Source: Phoronis australis (taxonomy: Eukaryota; Animalia; Phoronida). From it: a stretch of DNA of 62,650 bases. The notes under the pieces are model-generated. The model saw nothing but the letters and a program-made list of their open reading frames with translations, made no database searches and was not told the origin of the DNA. Where the stretch lies: contig NMRA01000054.1 in the NCBI GenBank assembly GCA_002633005.1, positions 681,711 through 744,360 on the forward strand, written 5' to 3'. A program made the translations under genes and the position numbers. This document shows, one piece after another, positions 36,901 through 51,900 of this stretch. The number at the start of each line of letters is the position of its first letter. Within the stretch, counting starts at the first letter, position 1.

Positions 36901-39900
36901 AGAATATCCACAGCTTGTGGCGACCTTCAAAATGATGTTCATTTCACCAAAATGAAGTAGCACAGGGAGATGTACCACTTACATCTTGGTACAAAATATG
37001 AACAAGATCTGTAGCTTCTTTCAAGAGATCTTGTGCCAACAATATTTTCTAGGTAAAAACTTGATTCTCCTGGTGTGACCTTGAAGATGATGTCAAGGTC
37101 ATCAAAATCAAGTGGCGCCTGGAGATATTCCACCTACACCTCAATACAAAATACATGGGAGGCGCACCAAAAGGGGCTGGGGGAGGGGGGCTATAGCCCC
37201 CCATATTTTTCAGTGCTGCGCTGCTCATGAAAATATGAACACAATCTGTGGCTCCCTTCGTGGCAACAACAGTGTGATATACAGAAGTACGTAGATTATG
37301 TCCCCTGCTAATGCACGATTGGGGAACAAGTACAATTTTTTAGCTTGAAGTCACGTTGGAACACTCGTCGATGTCTGCCTAGACACGACTTCCCAAAACG
37401 ATTGTCGTGAATGACTAAATGCAATGTGTGCAAGACCCTTCTCATTAGATAGTTGCTTATTTTTCAACTAGGTGATAAAACAAGTCCATGTGACACATTA
37501 GAGACCATCTACACAAACTTCATCAACATAAATGCTTTATTTGCTCCAAAGGAGACTCTGGTAACCTAATTTCACATGCAACCACCGACTATTTTCCCCA
37601 GGTGGTGCTAATAAATGAAGGTATCTCTTTTAACACCTAAAAAGATTCAAGCAGAAACTAGTTCACCAGCATGGGGGCCTCGTGTTGGACCCACAGGATT
37701 ACCTGAAGCCAGCAACTTATACACAAAGGTCCCATTCCTCTTTTGCAAATTTCTTAAAAATTTCTCATTGCAAAATTTATAAGAGATTGTGTTTACTTAC
37801 CAGTTGACGAGCAAGACTTTTTGGCGCGTCTGTCCATTAAGGAGTTGGTATTCGAAGTCATAAGCAATGTAAGCAGCTCTACCACGTAAGTTGCTCATGT
37901 CTTGCAAAAAATCATCGAATGTTGCATCTGAAATGAGATTTGAAATCAGAAGGAGATACTTAAATCAAAGAGTGTTGTACAATAGAATTCACTAGTGAGT
38001 TCGCTGTTATTGCTACTACTAGCACCGCCAAGTGGTGAATAACCAACAGTCAAGTAAGAAGCACGAGAACAATGGGGAAAGGCGCATTTTGCAGAGCGAT
38101 AAACTGCACTAATTCATCCATGAAACCCCAGATGGGTCATTTTTTACATTTCCTAAGGATCCAGAAATGTAAGGATTAGTTGTTATTCAATAATACTGGT
38201 ATGATACATTTTGTGTGTTCTGTTCACGGTTTGAAGACAACGGTCAATCGCAGTCCCAATACCGCTATCGTCTGCAGTGTATGCTACTACACAGGCTACG
38301 CTCTGCCTTCTGCAGATACTTTGTTGTCAATGTATGTCTACTATATGTGAGGGGGCATCAGAATGGAATACAGTGTTATGGTAGTGACTAATTGTCTTGC
38401 CTACACCTACTGCACAAACCAATTGTCTGCACTCTGGTAGCAGCCTGGCGTATTCTATAGGGAACACATTCAAACTTGTTGGGAGGACTTGAAACGTGCA
38501 GTGAGCTGAGAGCACTTTCAGTTGGAAAACACCCAGGATGTTATAGGAGCATGATGGCCACCAGTCATTGCAAGCAAAAGTCCTTGGGGTCATGCTCAAA
38601 ACGAGGGCCAAATCACCCCCTCAGCTCATGTTGTCAATGGTCAGGGGAACAACCAAAATTTGTGATGATGGGAGGGGCTCAGCACTCATGTTGCATACCC
38701 CATTGGTTTTTACCTGTTTAGCACTCCTCCCATGTACTCCCCTGGGAGGGGGTCAACACCCATTTGGCGCCCACCTGGCTTGCACTCCTCCCTTGCACCC
38801 CTTTGCTGGAACCTGGGGGCAACTCCCCCCTGAACCCCCAAGAGCAATCACTTTAGTAAATAGTCCATGGAGGTATGAAATGTTATGAGGAACGACAATT
38901 TGTCTTATTAAGAACGCAATTGTAAACAAAACCATGATGGCTTTTGAAGGGAGCTTCAAGAGAATGAAAGCAAATACACTTTAATATTGATTAAAACACA
39001 CATTTTCATTCTCATTCGATTATAAGTGCATGTTAGTTTGCGTATTTTACCCATATTCAATCACACAGTAATTTTATTTCCCAACGAATGCCATTAAAGT
39101 ATAAATTTATCAGTGTTTACATGGTTCGGACTGTGTCGCTAAATTAGCATTGCTTATTCGCTGTTTGGAGCGCAAGTTTTTCGACCGATAACCATTGCGG
39201 CGAATGTCAAGATGGCGGAGCGAACTCTCCTATTCTTCGTACACTCCTTGCTTAAATCCTAATAGTACATATTCTCATACCGTGCTCACAAGACCAACTA
39301 AAAAGTCAGAAGTTGGGTGTTAAGCTGAGCGTGTTGGCCGTTGATCCAAATGACTGGTTTGAATTAATGACCAGTCGACTGCCACACCAATGTCAACAAC
39401 TTCACACGGCAAAACTTAGATACAACAAAACATTTTCAGAATGTAGACAGTGGATTGTTTATTAATTGCGCAGAAAAATTGTGTGGGTTTCATTAGACGA
39501 AATTCCGACGTTGGACAGTGTTCACGAGGTCATGGACCAAAGTCACAAATTAATTAATAAATTAGGACTGGGCATATAACCCAGCAAGGAGTTTTCAAAA
39601 TGAAAATTGGGCGTGGCTGTGTCCTCATCTCATTGCATACTGCATAATCTGAAATCCCAAATGCATATCAGAATGGTGAAAACGCAACCCAAAAGTATAC
39701 TAGAAAACTGAAAGATGGCACCCACCTTAATGGCACCTCCCAGTACCCTGATTACACCGATTGACCCCCCACCACACAAGGTTTTACCACCTTCTAATCG
39801 GTTAAAATCTTGTTTTAACAATTGCACCAGCGTGCGTATGGATTTAACCCCAGGTTTTAAAGTGCTACAAAGACTGACGCCTGCGTACATAAAACTCAGC

Positions 39901-42900
39901 AGCAAAATTACCATAACAATGAACACCTCACTTGCAAAATGCATGCACTGAATCGCCGTTTGCCCAGATATAAGAAGATTGTCTCCATGTAGATCTCCAT
40001 GAAGTACAGCTATACAAAAAATATAACAATTGACGCCATCTGATGCATTTTTGTTAAAAACGAGACTTCCAAATTAGTAGTATGGGGACGGGTGATCGAA
40101 TCAAAAGCAAGGGTTCCCAGCAAAGTACAAACAGACTCACCTTTACTTCCGGTATAAGCATGCACTACTTCAGTTCGCTTATCGTTGAACTTCAAGATGA
40201 CATATCTATGTGCGTGATCCTTTTGCAGCTTGTTGTATATATCGATTGCATCTTGCGCTACTTTTATGCCTGAGGCCTGCAGAAAAATAGTGACAATTGA
40301 AAATATAATTTTAGCATCATCGTGGAGCAAATTTAACACCTCAAAGCATGGACCAATTTCTTCCTTATTCCTCATCACGGGCAACTATCTACTGCTACCA
40401 GTATGCGTGATGGGCAATAGGTGTCAGTCTGGTCATAACATGGGTTGGAATGCTAGAGTATACTTCACCTGCAAACTGCCATTGTCAGTTACAATAACAC
40501 TTGGTACAAACATTTGACTATAACTTGCAAATCAAACTAACCTTACCAGTGGTAGCTGCAAGGCCTAAATGAACTAAAATACTGTACAATACCAAGTGTT
40601 AACGAATGAAAATTTATTAAGAAAAGATATGCAGAAATGTCAACATTTTCCAGACATTATATATTTTATCACAGAGTAATTCTGCCCCAAGTTGATGTTG
40701 TGATTTGAGAAAAGATGTCAAAAGTTTGCCTACTGACCTACATTTTACTTGTATGCCATTTTGAAACGAAAGCAAATTTTATTCTGTCAAAAACGTAAAG
40801 AGACGATGGATCATGATGTTTTTGCGACAGATTTTTTAAATTTGGGATTGTGAATTCTTGTGAAGGAAACGTGAACAGACTATGATTAGGTTTTAATCCA
40901 GCTATGTTTTAAAACAAATGTGAAGCAGCACATTCAAAAACTAAACATTTTGAAAAGATATTAAATTACATTTAAACTTAATTTTATAATAGCTTAGTAT
41001 TTTTGAGAATGGAAATCGTCAAATGTGGGTGCACTGGTAGTTTTCAGAGCTGCTATGAACCTGCCTTTAGCCATAATAAAATTTGTTGACTTTGACCACT
41101 CATCAGCTCATGACCACGTTCAACAAGATGACTTCACTAGGACCTTATCGACAAGACTAAGACTGTGCATATCAGTAATCACAAAACTGTGGACAGCCAG
41201 TGTTGTCTCTGTCATCCGTTATCGGACGATACGCGCATTCGACACGTTCAGTCTTGTCGTCTGGCGCGAAAAAGCCTCACAAAGACCGTTAAGATTATTT
41301 TACAAACCAAGAGCTGTTGCAGTTACAGACGTTGACTATGATCCTGATACGACAGATGATTCAGTTCTTGATCCAGATCGTGGTGATAATGCTTCTCAAT
41401 CAACAAAATGCGAAAATGCATGCAATGAATGGTGGGCCCTTCAAAGTAGGCCTAGCGTATTTCTACCCGACAACAATGGCATCTTAGTTCTTATAATTCG
41501 CCCCAAAAATTGAGAATAGATACTTCTCAACAAGATAAATGAGTTTGGAATGGCATAATAGCAACCTTTTGAAAATACAGTAGATATATTTCTAGAAGTA
41601 TTGGTTTTAACAGGCATTAATCTACCGTCCACTTCATGGAAAATGCACGTAAATTGGTTTGTTTAGTGGTGGAAGAAACCATGGACTCAATAAACTTTAG
41701 AATGTTGAATTTTGACAGATATTGTTAGAGCATTCAGACAATGAAAAAGCTTTGCCAGTGCTCGATTTGGTGACCTGCAGGTCACCAACCCGACCCCTGA
41801 TTGGTGCTCGATGACCTGGGAAAAATCCCAAGTCACCACTGCGAGTATCAAATCAGACAATAATTCCCCTGAAATTTGTTTTTCAAAGTATGTGTTGACT
41901 ACCAAACTTTAAATTACAAACACTGTTCCTAGCTTCGGGAAATTTGACCCATCAATGTCACATTCTAGATTCATCACTGGTTTTTATACGATGTGAGAAA
42001 TGAGTTTTAATTTGGAATATTCAACTCCATTATAAGACATTGAATAAATAAAAGGTTTATTTTAGTTGTGTCAATGTTATTTCCACTCAGTTTTACTATG
42101 TTATTAGATGGGTGGATATGCCACTACATGGTGCTACGGTAGCCATGGAACATCAGTGCTGGCGGGAACAACTCGTGTTCGGACCGATTTTTTTCAGTTT
42201 TGAAAAATTTGGACACTCCCCATGAGTCTCTGTGTCAATTTAGACCGTGTATTTTGAACAGGCGGTAGGCCAAAAAGCTCACAGAGTAAGAGGTTTTTGC
42301 CTTGCCTAAGACATATTCTGCCCTTAAAAGTGTCATTTTAAATGTGCTTACTTTCTTCAGCAATCCTTTGTGGTACTGTACACATATCTTTGATGAAGTA
42401 TGTTTACGCGAATTAAGATGACTTTGGCGAAGAATTTCAACTCCACTTTTTTCAACTGATGTCACGCGAGTTAAGCAAGGACAAGTGCAAGACTGAGGGA
42501 AGCACATAACCTGGCACGATACTTGCAAAAAGTAACATGGAGAAATTTTTGGTGGAATTTGTAAGATTTGTGTCCCTTCAACTTTTTGTTTGTCAACAGG
42601 CATGACTTCATTTGCGTTAAGTCCTCAAAAATGGTACCCAGTAAGGGAAGCTTGATAGATTTTCCCCAAGAGGATATGCCGTTCAACTTAAATTGACCAC
42701 ATTGTCTCTAGAGTCATAGTATGTGTTAATAATAACTCAATGTGTGTATACGCATGTATCATTCGATATGATTTTGAGATGAGTAACTTTTCATGGGGTG
42801 TAGGCTATCGCCAGTGTATGTCTGCAGGATGCACAGGGTTATAATTGCCCGGGTGAAATGCAGCTTAAATTAAAAAGAATAAAATCAGGGCACACATTTG

Positions 42901-45900
42901 TAGCCCTACCACCATGACAGCAATGGAATTCAGTCACCATACCCAAAAATTTCAAAATATCTTCACAAAAATAGGAAAGTTTTAAGAAGATTAGGCCAGT
43001 AAAATATGTGCGCGACTCGAAAGAGTTTATTGGTACCTGTGAAAATAATTCTTCGCTTGTTGTTGATGCAAATTGGAAACTTTGTATAGTTGCGAATTCA
43101 ATGCCAACGAGGTAACGAAACGTTATGAAATTTATGTGCGCTGCATTCATGGGGGGGGGGCAGAGGGGGTAATTGCCCCGCCCCTCACTGGGGCAAAGTA
43201 GTGAAATATGTAGGCGTGCTAGGAAGAAAAATCGGGCATGAATATTAAAAGTATCAGTTGCCACCACCCAAACAGCAAAAGCCCAAATACGCTGGGCTGC
43301 ATTTTAGTACATGCCATGATCTGCATTGTAGAAACCATCTACATGCATGAGCAGTGGCGTACCAAGGGTGTGGTGGGGGGCACTTGTTCCCAGGCGCCAG
43401 CTAAATGAAGCAGGGGGGTAAGGCAGACCCGGAGGGCAAATAGGTGGCCACCGGGAGTGGGCATCAGGTATGTGGAGACGGGAGGGTCAGGGCTTCAGAC
43501 TGGTTGCGTTTTCCGCCTCCGGCCCCCGCGGGCGCTGACTCGGATAATCCTAGCTACGTCACTAGATGAAGTCGGCAGGCATCCTTTCTGGTAGGCAATG
43601 ACCATCGCCTCTGTTGGCCCGAACCAGAGGCGATGCAGAGGCTATAGGCGCTCTGTACGCCGGAAGCTTTTCGGCGAATTATGCGTCACACCGACTAAAC
43701 CATCAAAGTCACGTTGTTATAAATACCTTTTGCGCATAGAGGAACACCTTAGGAGGTTGTCGATGTGTTTAATTCCTTCCAACTCGAACAAATACTCCCG
43801 TTATGAAACTTTTTCTTTGAGCAGTCCCTTTTTCAGTTTCCAAAATCGTGAAATCAACATTTTCATTTTTTTTAACCAGGCCGAAGGTCAGAAGTTGCGG
43901 ACCTACCGGCGAACTTTGAAAGCTGAAGTTCCCGCCCTTCGCGTATGTGCTGCTGGGAACCAGCCGTGCATTTGCCCTGTTGTTAAACATTAAAATGTCA
44001 AACATGTGCACAAAGACTATTAAATGTCATATCAACAGCATACAGAAATACAACCAGTTTCAAGTAATGCCAATTAAAGACAAGTATAAGTGGTGGCATT
44101 TTGGAAACGAACATTTGACTGACAAGACCGCAATGGCTCACCTTTGGCCTATTTAAAGATTGAGGTCATGAAGTCACATCACCTAGCGAGCGCGGTAAAG
44201 ATTGGAGCGTGCGCAGTTTAAAAATGGTGAGTTCACGATTTTGGGAACTGAAGTAGGGACTGCTCGAAGAAAAAGTTTGATAATGGGAGTATTTGTTCGA
44301 GTTGGAAGGAATTAAACACATCCTCCTCAGGTGTTCCTCTATGCCAGTGCGCAAAAGGTATTTAAAACAACGCGACTTTGATGGTTTAGTCAGTGCGAGG
44401 CATAATTCGCCGAAAAGCTTCCGGCGTACAGAGCGCCTATAGCCTCTGCATCGCCTCTGGTTCGGGCCAACAGAGGCGATGGTCATTGCCTACCTTTCTG
44501 GCAGTGGAGAGAGGTTCATTACTTTTATATTATAGGTCCAGTTAAGGGCCTGTATTTTGTTTTTATTTTTTTGTTTTTATATATACCGTATTCGCCGTAA
44601 TAACCACCCAGGGCGCTCAGAAAAGTTCTTTCAGGGGGGGGGGGGCGCTTATTCAAGTTATAACCAAAGCCGTTGAAACCCGGTCTCCGAAACGGGTGAC
44701 TAATAAGCTAAAACTCATTATATTTAAACTCCGTGACGTATCTGTAATCTATGAAAGCCAGACTCTACAACACCGTGGTGAATTGCTATCAAACTTTGCT
44801 GCTAATTAAATTACGATCATTTTACAGAAAATTGTACTGAAATCCCAGGGCGAAAACTCGCCGACTGGCTGCCTCGCAATCATTGATATGGCGACTTGAA
44901 TGCTTGAATAAAAATACAGTTTCGACTCAAGCAAAGTACCTGAAATCCTCCTTAAGTTTTCCAAGTAGCGTCCCTAAGATTTTTAAGTTCCCGCGTGGAG
45001 TAGGGATCACGGCAGGTTTAAGTACAAATCTGTGCTATATCGTGCCATCTACATGTATGATCGGCAACATGAGAAAAATGTCTGGACGAACACACATGAC
45101 CACGTGACGTTTGTTTTGAAGTTGTCTGCGTTCGTGAGTAAGCGAGCGCGTGCGTGTCACCAGAGTTCATTTGCCAGAGCAGATACCGTCTTTTGGCCAG
45201 AGCCACGAAATCTAACGAGCTAGATGTGCATTGTATCTAAAGAAATTTGCACAAGCAGTAGGCCTAAACCAGAGCGTGTTTCATTCAGCACAGTCTCAAG
45301 TGCTACAAACGTTCAACATTTGTGTTGGTAAGGCCCATATTAGTCGCCGTGTGGCTAGATGCGTAGGACCACGTGATTATCTGAAAGTTATTTTTCAGTG
45401 TAAGGGTGTGTAAGCCTTCACTGTCAGTGGTTATTTTATCGGATATTTGGCTTATGAAAACACCAATTATGATTAATCAAACAATTCATTTTAAAAATAA
45501 CGCAAACTTTTTTATAGTATGAGAAACTGGCAGAAATTAGTGCCAATATTCATTTCTTGCCGATGTTATGCTACCCGTTTCATGAATGGATAGGTCCCGA
45601 CAAATGCCTTTGATGACAGGTTCATGTGTGTAGCGCGCGCTTCCTGGCCACGTGCTTTTAACACTGGCCAAGTTGTTTATTAGTCTTCGATTCGCCGCGG
45701 TTTTCACGTGTGGGCTTACAAAGAAATTTGGATTCCTGTTGAAAGTGGGAAATATCTACAAAGCAATCCCGTAGACAATACGTACACTACTTCTGTTTTG
45801 AAAGGCCAGACCACTGGGTCCTCAGGCTCGCAATATATCAGCAGAACTTTTGTGTTCGTTTTGAGGCAAAATGCGGAAGTTTCATAGTCACGGCTAAATT

Positions 45901-48900
45901 ACGACATATGACGGCGAGGCTCGCGGTCTACAAATTCTGCGCACGATTTTTTTCAGGACTGTCGGATATTATTGATAAATTGAAGACGTTACTGTAGAAT
46001 TTTAGGACTGTAGGTAAGGCATTTTTCGCACGTCGTTCATGGACTGGGCGCTTATTTTAACGAAGTCTGAAAACGCGTGGGGGGCGCTTATAGGGGCATG
46101 GAGGTTATTACGGCGAATACGGTATTTTCTGGTATTGTGCGCATGGCCACTGGGACAGATGAATGAGGATCTTAGTAAATGCGTCCGCGGATGTTCTTCC
46201 GCATCTCTCCCGCCACATCTGTTATTCCGCCGGGCAGACTATTGTCGATCAATCCAGACATGGCGTTAATTCGCTGCTTTATGTGCCTCCAGTAGTTCTC
46301 GAGTGGACGTTCTGTGTGTGGACACCAGTAACAGGATCGACAAAGTTAACTGAGTGGTGCTGGTATGGCGGCAAGAACCAGGAACATATATCTCGGATAT
46401 ACGTGAACCACGGTATCGCCGTGCACTTGCTCAGGTTCAATATTTCAATGACGTGCGCGATCTTTAATTTATACGACCAGAGCCAAAACAGTTGAACTAG
46501 GGTACTCAGTGGCAGATGAGACTTCTCGAAAAAAGAGCCGGATCGTATAGACAGCTTGTGTCCCTTGTGTTGAGGACACCTACAGACAGAGCTTCCCTCC
46601 TTCTTTACTTCCGTCATTTGACCCATGCATGTCACACAGAGAGGGGGCTGCCGGCGAAGTAGCATGTGCTAGCGTAGAAAGGCCAAAGCAGTTTCGGGTG
46701 AATGAGTCGCGGCGACAATCACTTGGAACGACATGAACAATGCCGAAGGTGTGCTAACCACTTTATTCTAGGCATGTAAGGTTTTAATAATATGATTGGT
46801 TGAAGAAATATTTATTGATTCCTTACTGATACCCTTATGTGCCTTGCTGCTGAGTAAAATTAAAACAATTTTCAAAGTCCACCACACGGTCAAGCCAGAC
46901 GACAGAAACATTGTAGGCCAATCTGTCAGCACCTGTAGTAATTTGAATATCTTAACTGTGTCTGTTGGATCTTGATAATGACATGGGGACATATCAGGTG
47001 ACTGAATTCCGTCAAAGTTGCGTCATAACTAGCGTTTTCAGTGCTCCCGAGTACAAGTATATCGTTTTGAATTTTTAATCTACCTCCTGACTTTCTTTAG
47101 TATTTTTCAAGATTTCTTGCGGATGCTATAGACTCTTAATACCGGTATATAGCTAGAAAACCCGTGCCATAATGGATGATTTCGCGGTGCCTCCCGATGA
47201 ACAAATAAAAGAGCTTTCATTCTCAGCCTAAAATACACATTTCATACGAGTATGACAGTTTGGGGTGTCAACACTACAAACGTCATCTGCGGCAGTACGT
47301 TCCCTGCTTCGTTGCATACTTGCTTGGTGCACACGCACTACGTAAGCTACATTTTTCGTGTGGCATGCCAACTTTTAACAAGAAACTGCGGCTGTAAAAT
47401 TGGCTAATCACATGAAACCTTCTTCAAATTCGACTTTTCTTAGCCAAGTCGAATTCAACTTGACGGAATCTCCTCTAAATAAAGACCACCAGCCTGCACT
47501 ATAGCCAGTGTCAGATCTAGGATGTCACGAGGGGGCTGGACCTGGACGCAATTTGGAAAAGCAAACGTCTGCAACATCCAGGTACATGAGCGGCGCACCA
47601 TAGGGGGCTGAGGGTTATAGCCTTGTACTTTTTCAGTGCTGTGCCGTCCATGAGTTAGGCTAAACTCGTTCGGCTGACAGCTAGTTTTTTTCTGCTCTTG
47701 TCCAAACAGCCTGTTAAATCCACCTATGCTAGCCTCATTAGTGTACTCGGCCTTCAAAATATAAAACGTAGACTATTGTGCAATCTACTAGGATTATCAC
47801 TGAACCCCCGGAAAACAGGCTAATGCCAGGACTGACATCAATCAACGACGAACGACTAGGTGGTGCCGTGTGGGGGAGCAAACTTGCTGGCGACCGCCGA
47901 GGGGCTGTGAGAAGTGAGGGCCCGACCAAAATTTATATTCAAGGGACATTAATTTTCGTGGGAACGACATGTCGGCGCAGTTTTCTTTTTTGGTCGTGCC
48001 CGGAGGGCAGCCGCCCATCCCCCCTTCAGTCACCCACTGCCCTAACCTCTGATAAGTATCACTTACAATAGCTTCACGAACAGCGCAACAATACGGGTAA
48101 CTGTGATGATTGTGCAGTTGTCGACGTCATGAAAGTCAGAGTAAAAATCAATGTTATTTGTGGTAGATCAGCACTGGCGTAGCAAAATTGTTGGTGACCG
48201 GGGTTTGGGGGTAATGAGCAGAGGGGGTAGGGGTGGAAAACGCAAAATTTGCTGTGACTTTTGACCGGGGGACAGGGCTTTTTGCAATAAACAATGACTC
48301 CCTTGTGCGCACCCCGTGGCTACGCCAGTGGTGATCACCCACTTTTCTTTTGGCCAACTTGTACATTGGTGATAAGTAAATCACTTTTAGTTTCCGCGAA
48401 ATTTGAAAATGACGCATTGCCAGTGATTTTTAAGGGAACTAATTTTGACTAAACATACTGAAGTAACGGAAATGTTGAATTACAACCTCGTCCGTACAAG
48501 TGCGCTTGTTGAACTCTGTTGGATGCAAATTGGAAACATTGGATAATGCAAATTCAATGTTTTCAGCGCCGTAATATTGCAATCGACGGAATTTTTATCG
48601 GAACAAGATGTCTTCTCTTATGTCCGTGCAGTGCGCACGCATGAATGACCATAGCTCAAGATTCAATCTCAGACTCGAACTCGAGATTTCCGTCTTCTCA
48701 AAATCTTTTCCAATGGAGGGCAGACAGCTCCTCTGGAGGCATGGGTCAACTTTCAAAAAAGAGGGGTTTGGTGAAAAAGCGTTTCCACCAGCGGCGCCGT
48801 TTTGTTCTGCTGTGAGGGCGACGTGTATTTTGAGTCGTGACTCCTGAAGAGGGATTTCCCGGCAGACAGGGACAGAGGTGGGGTCTTTCGAACCCCCTTA

Positions 48901-51900
48901 ACAAAAACGTGAAAGCGACACGAACTCGAGTAAAGTAGAAAGTGTAAGTTGAAATCCGAGTTCAATTCTGAATCTGGACTGGAGTTCATAATCAACAATG
49001 AAATTCACGATACCCCAGTACAGTGTTATTTTACGCATTTTACATTTCATGCTCCCTCACCAAATCCGTTTTTCGTTCAACGTAAATTGTCTAGGCGATC
49101 TACCTCTTGGGATACCTCTCTACACCGATGAGTAATAAAGTTTCTGTCCTGACTCATTGTCCATCGAAGATGACAGAGATTTGATTGTCATCAGGCCACA
49201 GAATGATGGCTTTGAAGTGCAACTGCAACTGGGTATACCTTACACAACATTGGGTACCCCTCTACCAAGCAATCGTTAGATAACGCGAATTTCTGTATCT
49301 TGTTTCCCTCGCACGAACCGCCTGTAAAATATGTGCGCGACTCAAAAGAGTTTATTGGATACATATGAAAATAATTTTTTTCCACTTCGAAGTACGATAT
49401 ATTCGTTAGAACAAAAATGAACGCTCCCCAACAGCTCAAAGTAAAAGAATAAAATATTTTACCTACCGACTAACCCATCTCATAACAGTGAGGGTCGTGC
49501 GACAGGAACCAGAAACCAACAGAATTTTAAGAGTAGCATAAGAGAGTTTGCAGTTTTAAAACTTTTACGTACGCAGTCTCATTCGTTCAGTTTGTCACGA
49601 AAATTTTCGCCTCTGCACTTTGCAAAATTGTCAATTTTAGATGAAACTTCGGTGTCACGTTGAAGTTCAAAGCCTATTCATAATACTCACCAACTCAAAG
49701 CATACAATATACATGTCAACTCTATAATGGTGCGGCATGCCAAGTCTTTACGGCCATACGCAAAGAATCTTACAGAAATGTTCAAAAGTACTTCTAAATT
49801 TATAAACTTTTTAACAAATGCTAGATTTAGATTGACCTTTCACGTACAACCAGACTTCTTAATTGGTCAACAAATAAAACATTACGTTTTTGGCCGTTTA
49901 GATTGCCCCTAATTCTTAAACTTTTTCAATTTTGATCCACCTGTGTGACCTTATTAGGGCTCACGGGACGTGGCGAGTTACTTTTTTGGAGTCAGTAAGT
50001 AAAGGGCTATCCAACAAAGAAAGAAGTTTTGAAATCGGGTGAAATTTTATAGGCGCGAAAAGGTCTAAAAATGACGTTTTTCAACTTTGATTTTGCCGCA
50101 TGGCCTTATTAATGATCTGATCAAACTTAAACTTGATGGGCTTTAGTTTCTCAACACTCTACGTCGATCTAAAAAAGAATTTTTGAAATTGGCCCCCAAA
50201 AAACCTTAGGTCGCCACCCACCACGCTGCCCAATTACAATTTCGTTGTACTGGTCTCATCATGGGCGGCGCAGCACTGAAAAAGGAGGGGCTAAAGCCTC
50301 CTCAGCCCCCCTGTGGTGCACCGCCTATAGACCATGTGCGGCGTAGCACTGAAAAAGTGGGGGGCTATAGATTCGCAACTCCGACATTTTCTTGCGTAAT
50401 ATCCTACAGGAGCCGCCACTCTCCCAAATTATCTGTCCCAGTTTCCAGTTAGTGTGTGACCTAACAGCCTCACCATGATTAGCAGACGACGAACTTGCTG
50501 CAAATAACACCAGATAATTTGGCCAGGTGTCGCTAATGAATATGACCTTCATTGCTTCTGTAAGAGCACAGATTTCGTCCATTGAAAGCATACGGAATTG
50601 GCGGCCCACGTTTCTATGGAGATATGAAGGTTTGAATAGGGTCTGAATAGGGACTTGGCAACTACAGTTTTACCCGATTGGTAGCAGTGTGCCCTATTCT
50701 TAAGTCAAGACGATTTTTGATAACATGATCTGTCATAGGTTTCACACATTCCTTAATTAGAGCACTTACAATATATTATTTTGTTTTTTCGCTGCGCCAA
50801 TTCATTAGCCTTAGCCGCTAACCTAGAACAAGATGCCAAATGTACTTCCGCAAAATGGCCTCCGACTCCACTGATTGCGGAAGCTAAGCAGATAGTCGTT
50901 TTGGAGGGAGTATATGTCAATAATCAAGAGAACCTGCTAAACAGAAATCAAACGGGAGACTACAGAATCTCAAATTACAACAAAACCTCGTACGACATGG
51001 GTGGTTTAGCGGCCACATTGTCTATGATTCATAATGACTAATACTAATAGTAATATCTGAATCGACGTGAACTCAAATTCTCCCTTCATGATTTCGAGTA
51101 TACTGAACTTGAATTGAAGTATTCAAATCAAAATACCCTTGATAAAAGTTCTGTGAAGATTATGGGTTACACCTTCGATTTCTACTGCCATCTGTGTTTA
51201 ATCGTAGCACTATAGCTTACCATTTTAGTCCCGGAATAGTGAACTCGACTTACAACGTTATCACTCAGTTAGTCTCCCGCTGTAAAAATCTAGGCCAACA
51301 ATGTCTGTTCGTCCTTCGGGTAATGCAGACTAACACAGCGTCCGTGACCTTATGACTGTATCTCAACTTAGGGCGGTTGGCGGTTAGCGGGAAGTCAGAA
51401 CTCCCGAGTCGACGGTAAAATCCCCACGAAATCCGAGCGGAGGGTCATACTTGCTGACCGGCCCGCTTTTGATGGGACTGCCACTCTTTTTGAAGGTTCG
51501 AAGCCTGTCCCACCACATCGTTAAAGCTATAATACATTTGCATATACACTTAGAGCTACAAAAAGCAGTTTTGAACAGTTTTCCGGTGGTTGTACCATAT
51601 AACTACGGTGAATTTTCTATTTATTTCAATGTGAAGCGCCCATTCAGTTGACCTGGCATATTGCTAAATTCTGTTGACATTGTTCTAAAATCGGTTTTCG
51701 TCAACTTCTGTTCTTGGCACGGTATGATTGTGCTTGGTGTCGCAACAGGACACATATTTTTCTAAATTTTATGCACACAATGCACGTACTTTTGATTCAT
51801 GTTTTGTGACTTTCTACTTCAAGATATATCAAAGAAAATGTGAAAAATCTTACTTTATTTACAGAAGTGGGTTACATTTACATGAGCGGCACACCAGAGG

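Noticed and set aside
40735-40775. Minus-strand CAAAATGGCA near a GTCAGT donor as the cofilin start
   Set aside because: The frame hits TAA after four codons and the second ATG is followed by TAG, so it cannot join exon 40276 productively.
41025-41513. 162-aa ORF with an acidic patch
   Set aside because: Non-ATG start, no recognisable domain and no convincing splice structure. At most a transposon remnant.
43598-44486. Two near-identical ORFs (MTIASVGPNQRR...) on opposite strands, suggesting a duplicated gene or an invertible promoter for the cofilin
   Set aside because: They are the two TIRs of one element bounded by a 9-bp target duplication. Better cofilin ATG-exon candidates exist on the correct strand at 51221 and 50474.
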